A stretch of DNA of 62,913 nucleotides, the filler included, from Lenisia limosa (Eukaryota > Protista > Breviatea): assembly GCA_001655205.1 (NCBI GenBank). It is 14 parts of 14 records of this genome, joined end to end, with 100 filler letters (N's around TTAATTAATTAA, not from the genome) between each part and the next. Parts side by side here need not be neighbours in the genome. Positions count along the whole stretch, not along the records: positions 46,253 to 57,715 come from LPNZ01007261.1; positions 57,816 to 60,750 come from LPNZ01006909.1; positions 60,851 to 62,913 come from LPNZ01002590.1; 11 more parts are not named here. The stretch is one strand, 5' to 3'. Position numbers and translations under genes: made by a program. The notes below the pieces were generated by a model. The model saw only the letters and a program-made list of their open reading frames with translations, did not search any database and was not told the DNA's origin. This document shows, one piece after another, positions 48,039 through 61,064 of this stretch (the stretch's first letter is position 1; every line of letters starts with the position of its first letter).

Positions 48039-50488
48039 ATGGTCGTTCAAACAATGAGAAGAAAAATCTTCAGTACATTTGAAGGTGGGTGAATATTCAC
48101 TTCAGAATTTTTCACTCTCTGCGCTGATAATTATTATCCAATATCTTAACAATGTATTTCTTTCCTCTAGGATTTTGGGTCATTAGTTCAATGTTTCTGC
48201 TTGCTCGCACCTCCGTCACTGCCGCAATGGTGTCTTATAGTGAGAGTCTGGGAAGTAATATCACCTCGCATTTCAACGATACGAAACATCCAAGATATCT
48301 ATAATATGTGTGTATGTAAGCACGTAGCCAGACTCATGTACTACCCTAAACGTGCAAGACCATTGTCCAGTTTATTTTCTGTAGAGTTTCTTCGGAACGC
48401 AAGTTTGACTGACAGCCTACTGATTTGCTTGGGGATGGAAGTTGACAATGTGACAATGCAAGTCGTACCATCAAACTTTTACAGATCCTTTTTGATCCAC
48501 TACATAATAAGAGAGGTTGCTTTCATCATCTCTGGTCATGTTTTATACATGTAAGAGGATCCCTTAGAGGTGATGGTGATATTTATCCCTTTTTCTTCTT
48601 TATGTTTACATTTCCCTTGAATTGGTATTTGTCATTCTATCCTAAAGCAAAATCCTTTTATTTGCAATAGCAATATCAGATACTCTACATGCCCATTGCT
48701 ATTATAATAACTTTGAGTTCTTTTTTTTTTGAATTATTTCTTTGTATCTGGAAAGAAATAGAAGAATTAATTCCCTGACAGATTAACGTTGGAAGTATTT
48801 GGGCTCTACCGCTATCGATTTGCAATACTCTCACTTGTCATCTTCTGGGGTGCTCCGTTCCTGGACCCTTTAATGCTAATGTGAGGATGGGTAGGATTCA
48901 CTAATGTATGATTCATCGCTAGATTGAATACTGAAGTGGGATATTACCTCTACACCCACTCTAATTCTTGGACTATTTTTTAACAAATATCAATTCATTC
49001 AATATAATAATGAGAGTCAAATATTTTCAAACCCGTATTACTGTGCCTTACCATAGCATTCAGGACAACAGTGGCTGCACTCAAAGGCAGTATTCAAACC
49101 CTGGGACTCTTCGTTCTCAGTCATTTCGTGTTGGTGGGGGTTCTTTCTCTGAGAAGGAGACTAAGTCGTATATGTGTGCACGAGGGAGGTGGTGCTTTCT
49201 ACCTTAACAATTCAGGCTATCATATTCATCCAGTAGCTTTTGCATCAATGTAGGTCTTGTTCCTTTTTAATAAGAACACTACGTTTTTTTTTTATTTCAG
49301 GTTTTTCGCCGAGTGATCATCTGCATTTACTTGCTTGCGATTTCTTCGTTCCTGGCATGGTTTTGCAGACCAGCGTTCCCGTAAGTCGAATTTTTACATA
49401 CTGTTGTGTTTATGACTACACCTTATCAAACGAAAAGCAGTATTTTAGGTCACAAAGTTCAGAGATATTTTGATTTGCTTTGTATCATCAGGAGTTTTGA
49501 TTGGGTACCTCTTCGTTTCATTCATCAAGAGGAGGATGAGGAAAGAGCCAGATCCAGATAGTGATGAAAGTATGCCCCTATTTAAAAGTGCATATTTATT
49601 TTAAAACACCTATTATTGGGGGCTCGACTAAAAATGAGAAGTATTACCAGTAGTTGCAGTTTTAAAGGATGGAACCGCCTTTTTTACCCCTTTAGTGAAA
49701 TCAGATGATGAATCAGATGATGAAATTCCCCCTCTTAATCCGGTAAGCTATTTCACAATTTTGTTAAGGTATTATAGAATAATGGAAGATCTGACTCATA
49801 TGTAGCCACTTGCTCCGCCTCAACTATGGCTGTTCTTCCTTCACCATGGCTTTATCTTGCTGCTTATGGCTGCTTTTCAAGAGTTGGTTGGTGATAATAA
49901 CCACACCTCCTAAGATAGATACAGATGAAACCGAATAGAAGATGTTTTGTTTTGTTTTTGAGGAAATAAATGGCTCTTCAAATGAGATCACGTTATGGGT
50001 CACCCTAGCAAATTGGCAACATTTCAAACTGTGGCTCAGATACAGCCTCTATTTTGCAAGATTTTCCAAGCAGAATCAAGAACTGTTTTAATGAGAGACA
50101 AGGATATTTCTCTTTGTTTCACTCAGTGTTTAGAGCTTTGTGGTCTTAAAATATGCGAATAAGCGTCATACTATATTTATCTATGTATTCAACTAGAGGT
50201 TATAGAACTTCTAAAATTGTCATTTGCATTAGTCCTTCTCGCCTCCGGGCCACACCACTTTTGAAAATTTGTGCTGGCAACTTACATCAACAGGATTTCT
50301 GAAACTGCTGTTCTGACGCCCCTAATGGCCTGGGGTGCATCTGCTATCGTTTTTAGAAAAGGGTTGGTTAAGATCTTCTCCCGTTGTTTTCCAATCCTAA
50401 CAATTTTAGTGGACCAGGATTTCTAGCAGTCTGTAGCCTTGTTCCCTTGACTTGGGTTGTTCGTATAATCGTGGCTTTCTTCATTTAG
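48039..50488 (+). CDS. Multi-exon polytopic membrane protein, family not recognised
   Basis: Successive hydrophobic exons (GFWVISSMFLLART.., VFRRVIICIYLLAISSFLAW.., GVLIGYLFVSFIKRR.., QLWLFFLHHGFILLLM.., LVPLTWVVRIIVAFFI-stop). Confidence 0.5.
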
Positions 50489-50547
50489 TTTAGGTTTCTC
50501 TTTTTGTATTTTATGTATTATGGTTGGATATTTTTTATTTGCTTTAT

Positions 50548-53500
50548 CTATTCCACTGTTCCATCGGTCCCACTGCCACACCTCGTACCTGAGAAAAAAC
50601 AATTGTTCAATAGTATATACATAAAGAAGCCATAGAAATACTTAAATAAGAGAAACAACTAATTACCATCAACTTCTTGCACCTAAAACCGTAGAATTAA
50701 GAACATAAACTTTAATAAAACAAGCTCTGATTCCTTGTGGCAGAGTAACAGGGAAAGGGTGAGATGAACATTATGCTGATTCCTTTCTCATTTTGCTATT
50801 ATACATATGACACACTACTAACCCATAGTCCGAACTTAGTGCCCTTGAAAAGAATGCCCAACCTCAGTCTCTGCTGTTAGCTGTCCCCTTAGAGTGAAGT
50901 TTGTCAAAAGAGAACAGGACGCTAGGGGCTGTCCAGTAACTGGCGAGTGCACGTTATCCTAATTAATTATGATCAAATATTATACACAGTGTATAAAAAT
51001 GTGCAAATCTCAAAAAAGTGAAGAGAGAGAAACACAGGAAAACACTACCATAAGAAAGTTTTCAATAATGTGTCGTTCATAAGTGAAGCCATCTGAAGCG
51101 ATGACGGGATCTCTTAGCCTCTAGTTAAGTTAACAAAAGGGACCACACCAAGCTAAGAGAGTTGTTGGTGGATTTATCCGATGTTCAATACTGGTGAGTG
51201 GATTTGCTTTTTGAAACAGAAAGCAGCTTACCTGGCCTGACAGGGCACAGCAAAGTCCAGGCGTTTCACACTCGGGAATACGTCGACTGAATGGTGTTGG
51301 TGCGACACCTTCCTCTCTTTGGGCATCTTTCGTGGAGGGAAAATGAAGTGTTGATGCGCTTCCAATCAACTAGAAAAGTCAACATATTTGATAAAGAGTG
51401 AATCAATAAGTTCAATATTACTAACCTGAACACCAGTATTATGAAGCTCAACAGGCTCAGAAAGAGGCTTCATATCCGGAATCTGAGTGTGTAAATTAAT
51501 ATCACAATACAATACATATCAGTATTCCATCAAACTTCTGGATTCTCATGTTCAATTCCGAGATATTCCGGCGGGACACCAGCTGCCAAGAAGTCTTCGA
51601 CTCCCTCTTTTTCTTCTTCTTCTTCTCCCTCTGGGTGGTGTGATCAGTTTTTCATTAGATAATAATTATCAAACACAGGAAAAATACTAATCCTGTCATG
51701 AAAATATATTAAATGCTTCTCGGTGTCATATGTTCTCTATATACACTGATATGAACAGCACATAACCACCCACCCTGAGTTACAGGAACAGAAAGAAAGG
51801 GCACTTGACTCAACTCTTGCCGTCTACTGAACATTCTCCATTCTAATCCGTAAATAATAAAAAAAATGAACGCAGTCCTCCACTAATATAATATGTTTCA
51901 TAAGAAGGGTTAAGCATGCCAATGAATTCCTTTCTTTTCCCGAAGCCCAGATACTACTAGTACCAACCCCTGAAGTGACTCACTTAGAACAGTTCGGTCT
52001 AAACGTACTCGAGATCCCCTATAATGCTAAAATTACGAAGGAAAATTGAACATAAAAAGGGCATAAGGTGAATAAGTTGAAAAAGAACCTGGAAAGGAAG
52101 ACCCCACCAACTGATAAAGAGAGGTGGAGAATCTATCTTCAATTCCCTCAGCAATATCCCTGATAACTGCAATCATTGCTCCAACTACCCCCGATAAAAG
52201 GGTTTCTTCCTCAAGTTGAAGGGAAAAGTACACTTGAGCACTCTAAAAAGGATAATTTGATAGAATAGCAAAATGGAAAATGAGCACAAGTAAGAGATCA
52301 TTCATTTTGAGATATTGATTGAAGAGTGCCATATACCATTTACAATACCTCTCACATTTATTATCGGAAGAATGTAGAACAGGCCGTAATAAAAGTATCG
52401 TACAGGAAATCCAAAAACCTTAAAAGATAAAAACAGCCAGAAGGAGATATGAAACTAAGTTAGATCGAAGGCAAACACCAATTACTGGGACGAACCGAAT
52501 CATCAACCAAGAATCGAGACTCATAGTAGTTGAATGCAAGGAGGAAGGTGAACGCAAAGCTCGTCCCACAGGAAAACGGAGCTGTAACTGCAAACTGAAA
52601 AAATGAATCAACAAAATGAACATTAGATAAGGATAGGGAAATAGTATACGGATATATTTTATGGTTAAATCATATATATTATATATATACAATACATATA
52701 TGATATGATATGTACACTCGAGACAATAAATGAAACCCTCTTTTGACATCAAAGGAATCCATTATGTATGTTGGGTCATAAAAAGCTTTCTTTGCTCTTC
52801 ATTCAAAAATACTAAAGAAATAGATTGACTTCTCACGAAATACTTACTTGACTTCTCACGAAATACTTACCAAAGTTGCCCAAACGCTGTGTTGGAAGGT
52901 TATTGCCACAATGGAAATAAAGGCAGCAACAATTGATGGGCCTGAAAAATGAGAAAACGTTTGAGGTTTCTCTACTATATGAAAAAGATGGGTGATATCG
53001 AGAAATTTGGTCTTGTTTTTTGAGTGACCATATTCACAGACAATCTTTTCTGTGAGATATTTCACAGATTCCCTCCCTCAAAATCTGACAAAGAAAACGA
53101 AGAATCTGGTCGCCATCAGCTGTTATCTACCTGCATACCAACAAATAGGAAAAGAACTATCTCGGTTTTGTAGAAGGCGATACAGAGAATCAAGCTGATT
53201 ATCTGAAAAGGTATGAAAGAATAAAGTGAAAACTATCAACAAAACACAATATTATATGTATTGTGTACACAAGGACTCACAATTTGAGATATTGTGCATG
53301 CCAATATGGGAGCGAAAAGATTGAGTCGAGGCTTTTCCAAACCCAAATTATCGTTATCTAAATCAATTAATCAATTGTGATAAGCGAATGCGACCAGGAA
53401 GTAGGTTTTCAATCCCAATGGCGTCCCAACCTTCATCAAGACTGAATTCCAGAACGTTCTGTCCTCGTCTCTCCAAAAATGAAGAAAAGTCAACAGAATT
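50548..53500 (-). CDS. U-box protein, C-terminal U-box, with upstream hydrophobic exons (5' extent uncertain)
   Basis: Spliced LCCALSGQRLRDPVIASDGFTYERHIIENFLMDNVHSPVTGQPL..LLTNFTLR is a U-box consensus (exons ~51230-51370, 51049-51120, 50869-50959). Confidence 0.65.
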
Positions 53501-54349
53501 GGTCTCGCGTCCTATTTGTATAAAGTTTGTAGATTGGAACAGATTGACTCAGCTATAACCAAATTAAGATCCCTCTAACCAGTGAATGTCCCATCTGACA
53601 TCCATTCTGATGATAAACGGTTGGAAAAAACTTCAGCTTCCATTTCCCTATCAAGTTAAAATGGTTATAAAGGAAGGAAATAAAAGAATGACTCCTTAAA
53701 AGAAAAATGATAGTGCAGTGACAAGCAAGACGGGTGACAAGGGTGAAAGGGCAAAGAAGAACTACCACAAAAAGGAAAAACAAAAAACAGTCAGACCATG
53801 TCACAAACCGCCACATATTTCCCCCTATTAAAACAACACTTCCCACAAACAGTTATCTCCTAATCAGTCAAGAACCTCCATACAGTGAAAGAAGATAGCT
53901 CACTCAAAGACTAAAAACGGATAAGATTGACCTTGAAATCCATCCAAAAAAAACTTTTCCTCAAAGTTCTGCGAGAATTGCCAATTTATTATTTACTTTT
54001 GAACAGAAGAAAACAGAAAGGTGGATACACTGCCCACATATCACATACCAGTCAAAAATCCATCAATTTTGAGACTTACATCATGTCAATTATTTTATTA
54101 TACATATGCAACTCACTATCATATCCTCTACTTTATTTTTTTTTTTGTTTTGCTGTTTGCATTGGTTTTATAATTTCAATCTTGTTTTGCTATGAGATCA
54201 AGATCCCAAAGATCGTTTGGGTGCAAAACACAGGTTGTGTACCATGTGTACAGGTGTACTAGTGTGTGTGCAGGGTGTGTGTGAGAGGCTTTTGTTAAGC
54301 TTTTGTTGGTGGTGTTGGAGAGCAGGGAACGGTGAAGAAAAGTCACACC

Positions 54350-55535
54350 ATGACGGAGAAAGATGACTTGGCGTCCGCGAAGGAAACTGTCAAGGTTAGC
54401 TCCCTCCTTCATGCAGCGTCTGGTTATTGTTCGTTTAATAAGGACTACTTCAAGTCAATATCACGCTAAACCCCTTACTTCTTTCATAGTTCCTATTTGT
54501 TATCGACAAGAATTTGACAGCATACCACTTGCGAACTCTTAATTTTCCCCTAAGTAATATGATACCTTATATCAACTGGTATGAAAATTGACCAATGATA
54601 ACCTGATACACTCGGGATGAATTTTCTTCATTAAATGGTTCAATATGAATGTAACGCTGCTCTTTTTGTGTGAAAGCTTTTTTTTTATGTGATGAATCAC
54701 TGAAACTCCTTATACTCTAGACCTTTGAAAAAGAATTCAAGGCAAAATATGCAAAGCAGCCTTCATCGCAAGATATGAAAGAAGCACCAAAAGCAATTCG
54801 TGAGCCACCTCGTCTTTGATTCCCTTTTCTACACTCGTCTGAAAAAGAAAATTGTATTAGTAGCTATTTTGAGGATTGAGGATGGAAAATGTGGGAATCT
54901 AGACGAGTCTGGGCTCCAGATTACCATTTTGCTTTGCTACAATATTTTGATAACGTACTGTTTAGGCCATGCATATAAGACTGTCATTCAAGCCAAACTT
55001 GAGGTTGGAGAGAGGGGTGGGGTGAGACCACTTAATGATTTGATTTGTGGATTCTCTTTCCATCCTGTTTTATTTTATTTATTTTTTTAGAAAAAGAGAC
55101 AAAAGGAAGACAGTGCGAAGAATGGTGACAAAAAGGTATGGGGAAACCTCTCGCATTAGAGACGATTGTGAGCATTTCTTACTTGGTAGGAGAAATCTTC
55201 CAAAGGTGAAAAAGAGCAAAGATTCCAATCAAAATCCGGTAAGCGAAGATGAAGATTCACAATAGAGAGTGGATTGTTTTTTTTTCTGTTGATTTCTCCA
55301 AATTCCAACATTTTGTAGTACCCCAAGGGAAGGAAACTACCAAAGCCGAAGGTTTGTTTCACGGCCTTGACCTGATTCATCTTTTTTTATCCTTTCTATT
55401 TTTCCAAGTATCCGTTTACAATGGTCGATGAACGATCATAACTCTTTAGTTGCTACTGAACGTGCCAAAACTAAGAAGTACAAGAGCATGCTTATTGAAG
55501 AGCGGGCCCAGGCTGCGGATGATGTGGGTGCTTGA
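54350..55535 (+). CDS. Small basic protein with Sld2/RecQL4-N-like (or FAM13-C-like) helical motif
   Basis: MTEKDDLASAKETVK-TFEKEFKAKYAKQPSSQDMKEAPKAIR-HAYKTVIQAKLE resembles WE..F....G..PS..D...AP..I...Y..Y; ends ..AADDVGA-TGA. Confidence 0.5.
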
Positions 55536-55689
55536 TACTGCAGTTTGGTGTTTCCATATATATATATAGACTGGTGGTATTTTTGATAATGTAGTCGCAA
55601 CTCGTCATTTCTACTTTTTGTTTGTTTTGAATACAAAGTAATATTTTTATTTACAAATAGCAATATAAATTAAATAATATAAAAAAAAA

Positions 55690-55753
55690 TGTATATCATA
55701 TAGTTTTATGATATACTATATGTATTATATATCATATCATATCATATCATATG

Positions 55754-55788
<35 letters not shown>

Positions 55789-55900
55789 ATATGTAGCTAT
55801 ATGTATTTGTATATGTATATGTATAGTGGGTATGTACGTGTAGTATATATAGTATATGTATATCACTGACCTATGTAGTATATCATATTATATCATATTT
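55690..55900. repeat. AT-rich low-complexity tract ((TATATG)n, (ATATC)n)
   Basis: Visible microsatellite runs. Confidence 0.9.
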
Positions 55901-55945
55901 ATAGAGATCGAGAAATAAAATGTACTGATTGTGTTTTTACTGCTG

Positions 55946-56641
55946 ACAGAAGGTGGCAATGAAAGCCCAAAACAAGGCAACCAAGGTGGCGGCTACAACA
56001 TTGAACACAGCTATTTCGGAAGTAATCCTTCGCATTACCGAAGTAGGTTTGGTGCAGCTGAATACAATATTGAAATATACCTTAGGGCACAGAAAGCTGT
56101 GTGCACAGAGTTGTAAGGCAAATGATTGGGTGAATTAATATTATACAATAATTCAATATCTCTTATAAGTGTGATGGTGTGGACGGCTTCAGCCAGATAT
56201 AACCTTGTTATTTCGCATCTTTATTGATACTGATCACTCGTTAGGTCCCTAATTGACGCATCCAAACACGAAGCGGTGCTTGTTGACACTCTGGCTCTTC
56301 ATAGGCTAGATGTGAGGGGGGCTATTATGATGTGTGTGATGGGTGTGTCGCGTGTGGATATTTTGTCCTTTTTATACGTGAATGTCCATGTTTTTGAACA
56401 ACCCTCCGCGTCNNNNNNNNNNNNNNNNNNNNNNNNNNNNNNNNNNNNNNNNNNNNNNNNNNNNNNNNNNNNNNNNNNNNNNNNNNNNNNNNNNNNNNNN
56501 NNNNNNNNNNNNNNNNNNNNNNNNNNNNNNNNNNNNNNCATTTGCACACAGCTTTACAACACCCAATAAGAATCTCAGCCCCTCACCCCCTAGGAAAGTC
56601 TCGAATGCGTGACCCAGACAATTGATATCCACCATGCAAAG
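55946..56641 (+). CDS. Exons of a hypothetical helical protein
   Basis: KVAMKAQNKATKVAATTLNTAISEVILRITE, LIDASKHEAVLVDTLALHRLD, ESLECVTQTIDIHHAK, each followed by GT. Confidence 0.35.
56086..56225 (+). mobile_element. Family B, near full length
   Basis: Close match to 3291-3440; minus copies at 60440-60505 and 61220-61292. Confidence 0.9.
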
Positions 56642-56999
56642 GTGAAGAGCTATTTGTATTGACATCCATCATGCTAATGTGAAGGGCTATATATATACAT
56701 ATATTGATAACAATGCTCAAGTGAAGGGGAAGGAATTATTTGTAATTATATAGCTTTTTAATATGTAATGCACTTGCACAAATGCTTAAGTGAAGGGTAT
56801 TGATTCCATTTACAAATGTATGCCTTGGCTATTATTTGCTTATTTATATCGATATATGTAGTTGTTTATATATTTGGGCGATTTATACTGAAAACAATGC
56901 TCAGGTGAGAGTATTGTTTGCACTAGCAGCACAGCTTAAGTGGATATACTTTGTATTTTGATATAATACACACAGGTGGAGGGGCTACACAGTTATGTG

Positions 57000-57099
57000 T
57001 AGGGTTTCCCTACGGTCCGCAATCGACTGGTCAAATATTGATATTTATCAACGATTTATCGAGAAATTCAGTCTTTTTTGTGACCGCAGGGAAGCCCTA
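57000..57099 (-). mobile_element. MITE family A, A2
   Basis: TA-GGGTTTCCCTACGGTCC..GACCGCAGGGAAGCCC-TA. Confidence 0.9.
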
Positions 57100-58128
57100 G
57101 TTATAAGCTATTATTTTCTTTGATCTATGTTAAATGACTATTTTTACCGATAACAACGCTGAGGTTAAAGGGGTCTTCTTTATATTAATAGTCATCCTCA
57201 AGTTAAAATGGTATTGTTTGTTAAGATTTCTAAGATTAATGGATTAACCTGTTTTATTGATATTTTGTCATTATTAAGAAGCAAAATAGTAGGAACCTGT
57301 CATTTTTATAATGAAATCTCAACTTATCACCTACTAGCTTGAAACGTTTCCCTTGTTATTTGTACTTAACTTCTATTCAGGCGGTTCTCCTGTTATTTGT
57401 ACCTAACTTTTATTTCAGGCGGTGGGATTGGCCTCCTGTGTCAATTACCGCGTACGACAGCGGATTAAGAAAATGCACAAGGCTGAAACTCTTAGGTATG
57501 TGGGTTATCATATTGGAGGTGCTAAAAAAATAGGAATCAGCTCCAAAAGCTATCTAATAGGGGGGGGGGCACCCATATTTATTTTATTGTTATTCTTGCG
57601 CAAAAGACCAATTGACGGACCTGCTTGATGCTTTGTATGTATGTGTACTTTATGGCGGAGGGTTGTTCTGCTGAGCATACCTACTGTTACGTAGAATAAC
57701 AAAAACTATTATGTCNNNNNNNNNNNNNNNNNNNNNNNNNNNNNNNNNNNNNNNNNNNNTTAATTAATTAANNNNNNNNNNNNNNNNNNNNNNNNNNNNN
57801 NNNNNNNNNNNNNNNATCCCATCACTCGAACTGGAAAATTGCCTGAACCAGAAGACAGCCATCAACACTGTTAGCTTAACTCGTACGAGTGGGCGAGGGG
57901 GAGAGATCAAATGAGGAACATACGTAGATTTCCCCCCTCCCTCCTCCCACCCATAAGAGCAAAACAGGCCAACACAGAGCAAATGACTTTTTGGGGCTTT
58001 AGTTGCTCGAATCTTTGATGACGATACCATTCACTACTATGTAAGATTGGTACACGGTAGAATATGAAGGAATGCTAGGTGTAGATGAGGGTTTGAATTA
58101 TCTATTTAGGCGTTTTGCGCTGTGTTTG

Positions 58129-58250
58129 AGGGGGGTTAAATTGAAAAATATATGACAACCTCCCCTCAAAATCAACTCTGTTGGCTGACAACACATGGAG
58201 GATGGTGAACAGCAAAACAAACAAAAGCTCAGGCCAGTCGCTTCTACAGC
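58129..58250 (-). mobile_element. Family C, diverged copy; host gene unresolved
   Basis: caaaatcaactctgttggctgacaacac..gctcaggccagtcgcttctacagc. Confidence 0.8.
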
Positions 58251-58321
58251 TAAATGGCTTCTTCAGTTGTCACTTGTTGAGCCCTAACAAGGTGTATAAT
58301 CTGTTCGATTTATGGTGAACT

Positions 58322-58405
58322 ACATCTACCCCTCACAAGGTATACCTATTTACCCCTCACAAGGAATACCTATCTACCCCTCACAAGGTATACCTATCTA
58401 CCCCC
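58322..58405 (+). repeat. 24-bp minisatellite x~3.5
   Basis: tacctatctacccctcacaaggta units. Confidence 0.9.
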
Positions 58406-59706
58406 CGCCTTCCACATACACAAAAAATACACAACCGAACAAAAAACGGAGAGTTTTTATTGCGTTCGTTTATCTTGGTCTATTCAATCAATGAAACCAC
58501 ATCCCCACTTAACGCCTCACTTTCTCCAATATTCTTCATCAAAATATTCTTCATTTTACTTCGCCCCCCCCCCCCCANNNNNNNNNNNNNNNNNNNNNNN
58601 NNNNNNNNNNNNNNNNNNNNNNNNNNNNNNNNNNNNNNNNNNNNNNNNNNNNNNNNNNNNNNNNNNNNNNNNNNNNNNNNNNNNNNNNNNNNNNNNNNNN
58701 NNNNNNNNNNNNNNNNNNNNNNNNNNNNNNNNNNNNNNNNNNNNNNNNNNNNNNNNNNNNNNNNNNNNNNNNNNNNNNNNNNNNNNNNNNNNNNNNNNNN
58801 NNNNNNNNNNNNNNNNGTTCGTATTAAATCGGTTAAGAGAGGAATATGTGATAATAAATTGGTATTGATGGCAGAAAAGACCCACAGCTGTAGTACTTCA
58901 TAATTCATATTTATGGCAGAATATACCCACAGCTATAGTACATCATGGTGTAAGTCTGCGTAGAGAGGGGCGTGAGGGCAGAACTAAAATGTCAGTTGAA
59001 CTGGACCATTTACTGAATTCTATTTTGATAAATACATTTTTTGTCCTCTCAAAGAACTAGAGCGAAATAGTACACGTTAAACTCGACCACGTTGGATTGG
59101 GTGATAAAAACCACCTTGGAAAGAAAATACCCCACACCACCTTTACATTTATAGTTTTTCTTCAAAAATGGCTTTATATATGTATGTACATACCCCTAGC
59201 CCGCCCACTAGGCCTCAGGGAAGCTAGATTCTAGGCAGACTGAGGGAACTGCTGTGTAGCTAGAGAATCATTGAAGATGAGAGAAAAGGGCGCGGGAATC
59301 TGGTTAGGTATTTTTAGGGCTTCACTATCTATTCCATACAGTAACCGGGATAAGTCTTGACCAATTTGATAAGGGATTTCCCAGGAAAATCGGTCAGGGC
59401 ATTCCCCAAAAACAATTCATGGGATCCTAGTAAGACACAACCCACTTGTAAAAGAGCGACGCGGAGTATTCGTTGACTATTACATTGCTGTAGTCTGAAA
59501 GGGTCACTTTCAAAATGATGATGGGGGGGAAACATGATGAATTGGAAAGCATTTGAATGATGAATTGAAAAGATTGGTTTTGAGAAAACCTCCAAGTTTC
59601 AAAAAATAAAAACTAAAACTAAAAATAATGCAACTTTCCATTTAACGGGTGAAACTTACCAGTGGTCATCATTAGCACGTGACCAATGTAGTGCGCATCA
59701 ACAACG

Positions 59707-59795
59707 CCTTCCTGATATGGTAAAACTTGGTGTAATCTGCACCTTCCTGATATGGTAAAACGTGGTGTAATCTGCACCTTCCTGATATGGTAAAT
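59707..59795 (+). repeat. 35-bp tandem repeat x~2.5 spanning a putative exon end and donor
   Basis: ccttcctgatatg/gtaaaac at 59707, 59742, 59777. Confidence 0.9.
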
Positions 59796-60905
59796 ACATG
59801 TTACATCATGTTTCTAATGAATTTTAATGATGGCAATGCCAATCAAATTGCGTTTCTTGAAAATAAGCAGTGTCACACCAACCTCAAACTTCAACAAATA
59901 TCCCCCNNNNNNNNNNNNNNNNNNNNNNNNNNNNNNNNNNNNNNNNNNNNNNNNNNNNNNNNNNNNNNNNNNNNNNNNNNNNNNNNNNNNNNNNNNNNNN
60001 NNNNNNNNCTTCTTTCCATCATTATTTGGATCATTTTCACACGGTGAACTATCATTTTCCACGCAATGATATGATACCTCGGATCCACTCGAATGATAAT
60101 TGACCGACAAGTCTCAATGATATTCTGATACACTCGGGATGAACCCTCTTGTTACCTTCGTTCATCATTTCGACTTGAAAGTCGGTCACATGATCATATC
60201 ACTAGTGGATATATCAAATCACTTACCAAAGTTTTCAAGCTGCCAATGGTCGAATAAGGCAAGCCGCAGTTGGAAAGTTCAAAGGGGTTGTAGAAGAATA
60301 CTCTGCTGCTACCTAACCTATGAGGAGGGGAGGGGAGAGCAGTATGCCTGAATAAGCAAAAAAACATGAATAATTGTTTGCCTTTCACTATCAATTACAA
60401 ATTGTGAATGCTGAAGTGCACATTACGTAGAGATGATTAATTAAACAAGGTTGTATCTGGCCAAAGTCATCCATACCATCACGCTTATAAGATTTAATTA
60501 TACTCTGATACTAATTTACTTCATTTACATAAAAACATGGTTGCCTTCACAATCCCCCAATTATAACAGTCAAAAACATACTGTACAATATCCACATATT
60601 ACTATGATAATGATATAGCTGTATAACTATATCATAGTATGTAGCTACATGTATATGCATATTGTCAAGCACGGTTACACTGTATAAAAGCAATATCATG
60701 TGAATGCACCATGGGAAAACAACAACCTCTCTCAATAACCCCCCCCCCCCNNNNNNNNNNNNNNNNNNNNNNNNNNNNNNNNNNNNNNNNNNNNTTAATT
60801 AATTAANNNNNNNNNNNNNNNNNNNNNNNNNNNNNNNNNNNNNNNNNNNNATCATATATATCATATATATATATATATACTATATAGTATATATGATATA
60901 TGGTG

Positions 60906-60970
60906 TTCTTACTTTTGATGAGAGTTCTTACTTTTGATGAGATTTCTTACTTTTGATGAGATTTCTTACC
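60906..60970. repeat. 19-bp tandem repeat x~3.5
   Basis: ttcttacttttgatgagat units. Confidence 0.9.
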
Positions 60971-61064
60971 TTAGTGAAAAGAACAACATATTATATTTTA
61001 TAACATAAAAATAGTTTATCCCAACCGTTCGGTTTTGCTCACCTCATGTCTAGCTCCGTCACAG

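Noticed and set aside
56086-56225. Family B as C/D-box snoRNA or hammerhead ribozyme
   Set aside because: Only a mismatched GTGATGG; no CTGA box D and no CTGATGA/GAAA core found.
58322-58405. CRISPR-like array (also 2348, 56634, 59707)
   Set aside because: Eukaryotic context, no cas genes; units are contiguous tandem repeats or irregularly spaced motifs, not repeat-spacer arrays.
4935-60850. Repeated TTAATTAATTAA as a biological motif, and gene clustering across it
   Set aside because: Always inside an exact 44N-12-44N block; an assembly linker, so neighbourhood across it is meaningless.
60906-60970. Another donor-phased duplication (GTAAGAA x4 on the minus strand)
   Set aside because: The nearest supported exons are on the plus strand, so the donor reading is unsupported.
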